39,132 bases of DNA from Acidimicrobiales bacterium. Its GTDB lineage: Bacteria > Actinomycetota > Acidimicrobiia > Acidimicrobiales > Iamiaceae. Positions 8,987-16,053 of the stretch are shown one piece after another. The stretch covers positions 1 to 39,132 of the forward strand of contig JAAYBP010000354.1 of assembly GCA_012730075.1 (NCBI GenBank), read 5' to 3'. Each line of letters begins with the position of its first letter. The stretch's first letter is position 1. A program made the position numbers and the translations under genes. The notes beneath the pieces are model-generated. The model ran no database searches, was not told the DNA's origin, and was given only the letters and a program-made list of their open reading frames with translations.

Positions 8987-9706
8987 ATGCGCGTGGCGGT
9001 CCTCGTCCCGACCTACGAAGAGGCCGGCAACGTCGAACCGCTGCTGCGCGCCCTCCGCGAGCAGGTGCCGGACGCGACCCTGATGGTGATCGACGACGCC
9101 AGTCCCGACGGTACCGCCGACATCGCCGAGCGGGTCGGTGAGGAGATCGGCGGGGTCGACGTGTTCCGACGCCCGACGAAGGACGGTCTGGGCAACGCCT
9201 ACCGCGAGGGGTTCGGCCGGGCCCTGGCGGGCGGCCACGACGTGCTGGTCACCCTCGACGCCGACTTCTCCCACGACCCCGAGGTGGTGCCCGAGATGGT
9301 GGCGGCCGTCGAGCGCGGGGCCGACCTCGTCATCGGCTCGCGGTACGTGCCCGGCGGCAGCACCCCGAACTGGCCGGTGCACCGTCGCCTCCTGTCGCGG
9401 TGGGGCAACCGCTACACGGGGTGGGTGCTCGGGATCGGGGTCAACGACGTGACGTCGGGGTTCCGCGCCTACCGGGCCGACACCCTGCGGGCGATCCGCT
9501 ACGAGACCACCCAGGCGAGCGGATACGCGTTCATGACCGAGTTGGCCCGCCGGATCGACGCCGAGGGCGCGGCGATCCGCGAGGTGCCGATCACGTTCCG
9601 GGACCGCGTTCGGGGCACGTCGAAGATGTCGGGCCGCATCATCGTCGAGTCGATGGGGCGGGTCACCTGGTGGGGCGTGCGCGACCGCGTGCCCCGCCGC
9701 CGCTGA
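8987..9706 (+). CDS. ppm1: Polyprenol-monophosphosugar synthase (GT2, Ppm1/Dpm1-like)
   Basis: 'VPTYEE', 'IDDASPDGT', 'GLGNAY', 'LDADFSHDP', 'GSRYVPGG', 'DVTSGFR', 'EVPITFRDRVRGTSK'. The sugar specificity cannot be read from the sequence. Confidence 0.9.
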   Translation: MRVAVLVPTYEEAGNVEPLLRALREQVPDATLMVIDDASPDGTADIAERVGEEIGGVDVFRRPTKDGLGNAYREGFGRALAGGHDVLVTLDADFSHDPEVVPEMVAAVERGADLVIGSRYVPGGSTPNWPVHRRLLSRWGNRYTGWVLGIGVNDVTSGFRAYRADTLRAIRYETTQASGYAFMTELARRIDAEGAAIREVPITFRDRVRGTSKMSGRIIVESMGRVTWWGVRDRVPRRR

Positions 9707-9725
9707 CCGATCCGTCGACCGTCGA

Positions 9726-11282
9726 TCAGACGTCGTCGACGCCGCGCTCGGTGCGCACCGCGTCTACCTCGGCCCGGGGGAGCACCGGGGCGTCGCGACC
9801 CGTGCCGGCGGGGGTGCGCCGGGTGGAGGTCTCCGAGAGGGTCTCGTGGTACTCCTCCTCGACGTTCACCTCCCAGATGTCGTGGCCGCTGCCGGTCATG
9901 ATGTTCTCGACGGTCAGCATCGCCGTGAACATCGAGTGGTCCTGGTTGTTGTACCGGAACATCCCGTTGCGGCCGACCGGGTGGACGTTGGGCGTGTGGC
10001 GCTCGAGCCACTCGCGCAGGACCGCGACGTTGGCCCGGTAGCGCTCGTCGTAGGTGGGATACGCCTTGGGCACCCGTACGACGTAGCCGGTCTCGACGTC
10101 GGACGGCTCGACCAGACCCAGGGTGGCGAGGTCGCGTTTGCCCAGCTCGACGAGGTCCTCGTCGGCGGAGTTCCACATGCGGTCGCCCTCGAACACGAAG
10201 TACTCGAGGCCGAGCACGTTGCGGCCCTCCTTGACCATGTACGGCGACCACGAGCCGAAGTTCTGGATGCGGCCGACCTCGGCGCCCTTGTCGTGCACGT
10301 AGATCCAGTTGTCGTTCCACGGGACGGCCCGCTCGGGGACTACGAGGGCGACGGTGAGGAAGTCCCGGTAGGAGAGGTCCTCGGCCGCCCGCTGCACGTC
10401 GTCGGGGACCGGCGGGTCCATCGCCTTCAGCAGCTCGGAGATCGGCATCGACGAGATCACGTGGTCGGCGGGCCGGGTGATCTCGGAGCCGTCGGCGCCG
10501 AGGGTGGTCACCTCGGTGGCGGCGCCGTCGGCGTGGCGCACCCGGACGACCTTCTCGTTCATGTGGACCTTCGAGCCCCGGGCGACGACCTTGTCGCGAC
10601 AGACCTCCCACATCATCCCGGGGCCGTACTTCGGGTACTGGAACTCCTCGATCAGCGAGGTGATGTCGGTCTGGTTCCGCCGCGGGAGGACCGCGTTGAC
10701 GATCGCCTTGCCGAGGGACAGCTCCTTCACGCGCTGGGCGGCCCAGTCGGCGGGCATCGAGCTGACCGGCACGCCCCAGACCTTCTCGGTGTAGGTCTTG
10801 AAGAAGGCGTTGTAGAGGCGCCACCCGAACCGGGCGACGAGCCAACCCTCGTAGTTGGTCTGGTCCTTCGGCGGCCGGATCCGGGCCCAGGCGTAGGACG
10901 CCACGTAGCCGAAGCCCTCGACGAGGCCGACGCTGCGCAGCAGGTTGGTGCCGCGGAGCGGGTAGTCGATGAACTTGCCGTCGTAGTAGATGCGGCTCTT
11001 CCGCGGCCGGAGCAGGAAGTCCTCGTCGGGGAGGATCTCGTGCCAGAGGTCCTCGACCTCCTGCACCTTGGTGAAGAAGCGGTGCCCACCGAGGTCGAAC
11101 CGCCACCCGTCGCGCTGGGCGGTGCGGCTGATGCCGCCGACGGCGTCGTCGGCCTCGACGATCGTCGACGCCACGCCGTACTTGTGGAGCTGGAACGCGG
11201 CGGTGAGCCCGGCCGGGCCGGCGCCGATGACGACCACCTCGGGCACGGAGCCCTCCGGTGAGGCTCCTGCGTTGTCGGACAT
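9726..11282 (-). CDS. FAD-dependent oxidoreductase, UDP-galactopyranose mutase-like / HemY-like superfamily
   Basis: GAGPAG, 'VGGISRT', 'FDLGGHRFF', 'YTEKVWG', 'GRNGMFRYNNQDHS'. Confidence 0.85.
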   Translation of the reverse strand: MSDNAGASPEGSVPEVVVIGAGPAGLTAAFQLHKYGVASTIVEADDAVGGISRTAQRDGWRFDLGGHRFFTKVQEVEDLWHEILPDEDFLLRPRKSRIYYDGKFIDYPLRGTNLLRSVGLVEGFGYVASYAWARIRPPKDQTNYEGWLVARFGWRLYNAFFKTYTEKVWGVPVSSMPADWAAQRVKELSLGKAIVNAVLPRRNQTDITSLIEEFQYPKYGPGMMWEVCRDKVVARGSKVHMNEKVVRVRHADGAATEVTTLGADGSEITRPADHVISSMPISELLKAMDPPVPDDVQRAAEDLSYRDFLTVALVVPERAVPWNDNWIYVHDKGAEVGRIQNFGSWSPYMVKEGRNVLGLEYFVFEGDRMWNSADEDLVELGKRDLATLGLVEPSDVETGYVVRVPKAYPTYDERYRANVAVLREWLERHTPNVHPVGRNGMFRYNNQDHSMFTAMLTVENIMTGSGHDIWEVNVEEEYHETLSETSTRRTPAGTGRDAPVLPRAEVDAVRTERGVDDV

Positions 11283-11371
11283 GCGGTGGGGACTCCAGGT
11301 GTGGGCGGGCGGAGGTCCGGCGGCGCCCCTTCCCGGGGCGCCGGTGGACCGGCCGGTACAGTGCGAACGTC

Positions 11372-12601
11372 ATGGCCAGCGGCACCGCGGACACGTCGAC
11401 GGCGCCGCCTGCCGGCGTGACCGAGGGTAGCCGTCAGGTCTCCCGACGCCGGTACTTCCCGGCCGCCGAGGGGCTGCGCGCCCTGGCCGCGGTCGCCGTG
11501 CTGCTGTACCACGTCGCCACCAACGCCGGTCGCGACGCCGCCGGGTTCGTGTACGAACCGGCGGCGGTGCTCGACATGGGTGTGTCGGTGTTCTTCGTGC
11601 TGTCGGGGTTCCTGATCTACCGGCCGTTCGCGGCGGCGTCGGTGGGCCGGGCGGCCGTGCCCTCGCTGCGCCGCTTCTGGTGGCGGCGGCTGCTCCGGAT
11701 CGTGCCCGCCTACTGGGCGGCGCTGTCGATCATGTGGCTGCTCGGCTGGGTCGAGGTCGGCGACCGGCCGTGGCGGCTCTACCTGTTCGTGCAGGTGTAC
11801 GACCCGTACACGACCCTCCAGGGCATCGTCCCGGCGTGGAGCCTCGATGCGGAGGTCGCGTTCTACCTGCTCGTCCCGTTGTGGGCGGCGGCGCTCCGGC
11901 GCATCGCGCGGGGCCGGGTCGCGGTCGAGCTCGGCGGCGTCGCGGTGCTCTTCGCCGCCGGCTACGTCTCGCGCGCCGCCTTCACGGCGTCGGAGCGGGT
12001 GTGGGCGGTGACCCCCGCCGGTGATCCGGTGACCATGCGGGCCGTGTCGTTCACCTGGCTCCCCAACCAGATCGACCTCTTCGCGATCGGCATGGCCTTC
12101 GCGGTGCTCAGCGTCGCCGCCGCGGACGGACCGCTCCGCGACCGGCTCGACCGCTGGGCCCGGCCCGCCGGGCTGTGGTGGGCGGCGGCGGCCGTCGCCT
12201 GGCTCGGCTTCGCCTACCGCTGGGGCGAGGCGTCGCTCGTCGAGGGCCACGGTGGTGCGTGGCAGATCCGGGCGGCCGCGTTCGGCACGGTCGGCCTGAC
12301 CCTGATGGTGCCGGTCGTGTTCGGCGGCGGCGGCGGCCTGCGCCGCCTGCTGCACGCCCGCCCGGTCGCGTGGGTGGGCACCGTGTCCTACGGCCTCTAC
12401 CTGTGGCACCTCGACCTGCTCCAGGAGGTGCCGGGCTGGACCGGCCGCCCGCTCGCCGAGCACCCGTTCCCGGCCCTCGTGCTCCTCACCCTCGCCCTGG
12501 GCCTCCTCGCCGCCGCCGCCAGCTGGTACGCCCTCGAACGCCCCCTGGTAACAGGTGGGGTCGGAGGAAAACCGTTACCCGCCCGCCCCGACCCCGCGTA
12601 A
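11372..12601 (+). CDS. Acyltransferase family 3 (AT3, OafA-like) membrane O-acyltransferase
   Basis: 'EGLRALA..VLLYH', 'GVSVFFVLSGFLI', 'RRLLRIVPAYW', 'WSLDAEVAFYLL', 'SYGLYLWH', 'SWYALERP'. ATG at 11372 follows TACAGT. Confidence 0.92.
   Translation: MASGTADTSTAPPAGVTEGSRQVSRRRYFPAAEGLRALAAVAVLLYHVATNAGRDAAGFVYEPAAVLDMGVSVFFVLSGFLIYRPFAAASVGRAAVPSLRRFWWRRLLRIVPAYWAALSIMWLLGWVEVGDRPWRLYLFVQVYDPYTTLQGIVPAWSLDAEVAFYLLVPLWAAALRRIARGRVAVELGGVAVLFAAGYVSRAAFTASERVWAVTPAGDPVTMRAVSFTWLPNQIDLFAIGMAFAVLSVAAADGPLRDRLDRWARPAGLWWAAAAVAWLGFAYRWGEASLVEGHGGAWQIRAAAFGTVGLTLMVPVVFGGGGGLRRLLHARPVAWVGTVSYGLYLWHLDLLQEVPGWTGRPLAEHPFPALVLLTLALGLLAAAASWYALERPLVTGGVGGKPLPARPDPA
12547..12585 (+). repeat. REP-like palindromic element, copy 1
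   Basis: GGTAACAGGTGGGGTCGGAGGAAAACCGTTACCCGC with GGTAAC/GTTACC arms. 12547-12582 is identical to the reverse complement of 21111-21146. Confidence 0.9.
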
Positions 12602-12636
12602 ACGGGTGGGGTCGGAGGAAAACCGTTACCCGCCCG
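12598..12636 (+). repeat. REP-like element, copy 2 (tandem, diverged 5' end)
   Basis: 12605-12636 is identical to 12554-12585 (32 bp, period 51). It supplies the TAA stop of the AT3 gene. Confidence 0.9.
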
Positions 12637-12696
12637 GGGTGGTGACGCACGCTCGGCTACCAGGGGCCGAGAGTCGCCCCCACTAGCGTTCGCCGC

Positions 12697-14301
12697 GTGC
12701 CGCCCGCCGCTTCCGACGTCGCCGAGCGTCGTTGGGATCCTTGGCCCGACGAGCCGGTCCCGGCCCTGGTCGGCCCGTGGCGCGCCCTCGACGTGATCGG
12801 GCTGATCCTCGTGGCCGCGGCGGGGGCCGTCCTGCGGTTCCTCCAGCGGTCGCCGCTGTGGCTCGACGAGGCGCTGAGCGTCAACATCGCCACGCCGCCC
12901 GACGGCGGTCTCGTCGAGGCCCTCCGCCACGACGGGCACCCGCCGCTCTACTACGCGCTCCTGAACGCCTGGATGGACGTGTTCGGCTCGGGGCCGGTCG
13001 CCGTGCGGTCGCTCTCGGCCGTGATCGGACTCGCCCTGCTGCCGCTGGCGTTCGTGGCCGCGGGGAGGATCGCCGGCCGCCGGGCGGCGTGGGCCGCGGT
13101 GCTCCTCGTGGCCCTCAACCCGTTCGTGCTGCGGTACTCCACCGAGGCGCGCATGTACGAGCTGGTGATGGTGCTGGCGCTGGCGGGCTGGCTCCTCGTC
13201 GATCACGCCCTCGATCGCCCGCGGCCGCACCTGCTCGCCGGGCTGGTGGTCGTGACCGGGGCCCTGCTCTGGACCCACTACTGGGGGCTCTGGCTGGTCG
13301 GCGCCGCCGGCCTCGGCCTGCTCGGGCGCGGGGTGCTCGCCCTCCGACGGGGTGAGCGGAACCGGGGCCGGGCGTCGCTCGCGGTGGTGGCGGCCCTAGC
13401 CGTCGGATGCCTCACGTTCACCCCGTGGCTCCCCAACCTGCTGCACCAGGCGGCCCACACCGGCACGCCCTGGGCCGAGCCGTCCCTGCCGACCGAGGTG
13501 GCGTCGATGTCGCTGCTCGATCTGGGCGGCGGCGTGGCGGGGGAGTCGGTGCTGCTCGCCGTCCTGTTCGCCGTGTTCGTGGCGGTCGGGCTGCTCGGTC
13601 GGCCGACCGGACCGGCCACCGTCGAGCTCGATCTCCGGACCCGGCCCGAGGCGCGGCGGCTGTCGATCCTCGTCGTGGCGACCCTCGGCCTCGCCACCGC
13701 CGTCTCGTGGGCGACCGGCGCCGCCTACGCGTCCCGCTACTTCTCGGTGGTCGCCCCGATGGTGCTGGTGCTGATCGGCGTCGGTGTGTCGCGGGTGCGG
13801 GGGGCGGTGGCGTTCCGGGTGGTGCTGGTGGTCCTGCTCCTCCTCGGAGCGATGGCCGGCACCCGTGCCGCCCTCACCCGGCCCCGCACCCAGGCGGGCG
13901 TCGTCGCCGACGCGATCGTCGAGCGGGCCGACGGCGGGGGCGGGGCGCCGTACGTCCTCGTCTGCCCCGACCAGCTCGGCCCCGCCCTGTCGCGGGAGCT
14001 GCCCGACGACGTGGTCCTCGTGCGGTACCCCGACCTCGAACCGGGTGACCTCGTCGACTGGGACGACTACGAGGAGCGGCTCGCCGAGGCATCGCCCGCC
14101 GAGGTCGCCGAGCGCTTCCTCGCCACCGCCGGTGACGCCGACGCCTGGCTGGTCTGGTACGGCTCCTACCGCACCCACCAGGGCACGTGCGAGGCGGTGC
14201 TGACCGAGCTCCAGCGGGCCCGACCCGCCGGGCACGCCGTCGTCACCGCCGACACGGGTGCCTTCGAGCCGTCTAACGCCTACCTGTTCCCGGCGACCTG
14301 A
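12697..14301 (+). CDS. GT-C glycosyltransferase (ArnT/PMT-like, GT39/GT83-type)
   Basis: 'LWLDEALS' acidic first loop, 'DGHPPLYY', 'RSLS', 'YSTEARMY', 'LWTHYWG', multiple TM helices and an extracellular C-terminal domain. Confidence 0.88.
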   Translation: MPPAASDVAERRWDPWPDEPVPALVGPWRALDVIGLILVAAAGAVLRFLQRSPLWLDEALSVNIATPPDGGLVEALRHDGHPPLYYALLNAWMDVFGSGPVAVRSLSAVIGLALLPLAFVAAGRIAGRRAAWAAVLLVALNPFVLRYSTEARMYELVMVLALAGWLLVDHALDRPRPHLLAGLVVVTGALLWTHYWGLWLVGAAGLGLLGRGVLALRRGERNRGRASLAVVAALAVGCLTFTPWLPNLLHQAAHTGTPWAEPSLPTEVASMSLLDLGGGVAGESVLLAVLFAVFVAVGLLGRPTGPATVELDLRTRPEARRLSILVVATLGLATAVSWATGAAYASRYFSVVAPMVLVLIGVGVSRVRGAVAFRVVLVVLLLLGAMAGTRAALTRPRTQAGVVADAIVERADGGGGAPYVLVCPDQLGPALSRELPDDVVLVRYPDLEPGDLVDWDDYEERLAEASPAEVAERFLATAGDADAWLVWYGSYRTHQGTCEAVLTELQRARPAGHAVVTADTGAFEPSNAYLFPAT

Positions 14302-14540
14302 CCCCCCGGCGTCGCGGTGGACGGAGGAGCGGACGGGGCGGGGTCGGCGTCGTCGCCGGCGCGGCGGATCAGCAGCACGTCGGCGGTGCGGACGCTGGCG
14401 ACGCGGGTGCTCCACGAGTCGATGCGAGTGGTGCCGTCGGTGCGGAAGAAGGTCGTCATCGGACCCTCCTGCTGGTAGGCGTCGGCGCCGCGCACCGACT
14501 CGACGGTCCGGTCCTTGAGGGTGACGTCGTAGCAGGCCAT
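14280..14540 (-). CDS. Small hypothetical protein (86 aa)
   Basis: MACYDVTLKDRTVESVRGADAYQQEGPMTTFF... has a globular beta-rich composition unlike shadow ORFs. TACCGT -10 box lies 6 nt before the ATG. Confidence 0.7.
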   Translation of the reverse strand: MACYDVTLKDRTVESVRGADAYQQEGPMTTFFRTDGTTRIDSWSTRVASVRTADVLLIRRAGDDADPAPSAPPSTATPGGQVAGNR

Positions 14541-14653
14541 GGCGGCACGGTACGGCGACGGTCCTGTGGGACGGAAGGGGCGCATCCTGTGGATCTCCGG
14601 TGGAGGGAGCGGCGCTCGGCGGTGGATGGCGCGGGGACGCGTGGTGGTCTGCG

Positions 14654-14935
14654 ATGCTCGGGGCCGTGGCCGTCACCCCGTCCCCGACCCCGCCCGTCGA
14701 CTTCCCGCCCGAGCCGTGGCGGGCCGCCACCCTGCCGCCCGAGCCGGCACCGGGCGACCTGGAGTTCCCCTGCCCGCGGTGCGGGCGCGACGCAACCGCC
14801 GAGACCTACGGCCCGTGCCCGACGTGCCGTGACCAGATGCGGGCGGCCATGGCCGGCGAGGCGCGCGACGTGGTCGAGGAGGACTACGTCCCCAAGATGA
14901 ACGTCACCCCCAACGCGGTCGCGCTCAAGGACTGA
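14654..14935 (+). CDS. Small zinc-ribbon-like protein (CxxC...CxxC)
   Basis: 'CPRC' and 'CPTC' pairs, with C-terminus 'YVPKMNVTPNAVALKD'. The start is uncertain (ATG 14654 or GTG 14666). Confidence 0.7.
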   Translation: MLGAVAVTPSPTPPVDFPPEPWRAATLPPEPAPGDLEFPCPRCGRDATAETYGPCPTCRDQMRAAMAGEARDVVEEDYVPKMNVTPNAVALKD

Positions 14936-14961
14936 TCCGGGGCCTCGGTGGGCGTCTCCGT

Positions 14962-15822
14962 TCAGGCGGAGGCGGCCGACAGCCCGACCAGGCGGACGAC
15001 CCGTCCACGATGCGGTCGGAACGGCTCGAGCGCGATGGCCAGGTCGTCCCGGTCGGCACCGGGCGGTCCGACCAGGTCCACGACGAGGTGGGCCAGGTGC
15101 GGATCCACCACGGGCAGGGCGTCGGCCTCACCGAAGGCGACGCTGCGGACGTGCTCGACCACGTCCGCGCCGAGCCCGACGATGCCACCGAGCCGGCCGG
15201 CCGCCTCGGCGATCGGTGCCCCGTCGAGGCGGGCCGCGTGCGACGCGACCCGACGCACCTCGTCGGCCCGCTGGCTCTCCAGGCCGAGGACGTGCAGGTC
15301 GTAGGGATCCGCGGCGGCCAGGCGGCGGGGCAGCGGGGGCAGGCGGAGGCCGCCGGGTCCCGGGGCGTCGTCGCCCAGCCGCTCGACCGCCAGCGCCCAC
15401 GCCCGGTCGCGCTCGAAGGTCGACACACCCCGCGCGCACACCGCGGCGACCGCGGCGTCGACGACCCGACCGGTGGCCGTCAGCCGGAAGCCGCGATGGC
15501 GTTCGACCAGGGCGGACACGGCCTCGACCGCGTCCGCGCCGGGCGGCTCGCGCTCGTCGTCCACATCGGTCGCCGCGCCGGGGTCCGGCTCGGGTCGTCC
15601 GAGCACCGCGTCGAGTCCGGCGGGCTCGTCGGAGCCGCCCAGCACCGAGCCGATGGCCACGAGCGCGGCTTCCGCGCCCGGACCCCAGGCCTCGGCGTCG
15701 ACGGCACCGTCTCCCGGCACCAGGGCCACCGTCGCGGGACCGGCGGCGGTGTGCTGCGCCCACGAAACGCGGTCGTCGGGCCCCGTGCGCCAACAGGGGT
15801 CGCCCGCACCCATGCGCGCCAC
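14962..15822 (-). CDS. Divergent HhH-GPD (AlkA-like) DNA glycosylase family protein
   Basis: 'GAGDP', 'AEAWGPGA', 'PGPGGLRLPP', 'LHVLG', HhH-like 'LGGIVGLG', 'DALPVVD', 'LEPFRPHRGRV'. The true start may lie further upstream. Confidence 0.75.
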   Translation of the reverse strand: MARMGAGDPCWRTGPDDRVSWAQHTAAGPATVALVPGDGAVDAEAWGPGAEAALVAIGSVLGGSDEPAGLDAVLGRPEPDPGAATDVDDEREPPGADAVEAVSALVERHRGFRLTATGRVVDAAVAAVCARGVSTFERDRAWALAVERLGDDAPGPGGLRLPPLPRRLAAADPYDLHVLGLESQRADEVRRVASHAARLDGAPIAEAAGRLGGIVGLGADVVEHVRSVAFGEADALPVVDPHLAHLVVDLVGPPGADRDDLAIALEPFRPHRGRVVRLVGLSAASA

Positions 15823-16053
15823 CAGGACGGTGCGGACGAGGTCGAAGCCTGCGTCGACGGGGATCGTGGAGCGAAGGGTCGGGATGAGCGGTACCGCCGG
15901 TGTCGTGGCCCGCCGGGGGGCGCGCGAGTATGCCCCACCGCCGCCGACCCGCTCCCCGTGGGGCCGACGAGACGACGACCGGAGCCGAGGCGGACCTGTC
16001 CTCGCGGTGGGGATCTACGGGGCCGGGGCCCTCGCTTCGTACGATGGTCCGCC

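Noticed and set aside
12547-12636. Two direct repeats as a possible mini CRISPR array
   Set aside because: Only two copies, a spacer under 20 nt, no cas genes, and a third copy dispersed and inverted 8.5 kb away. This fits a REP-like element better.
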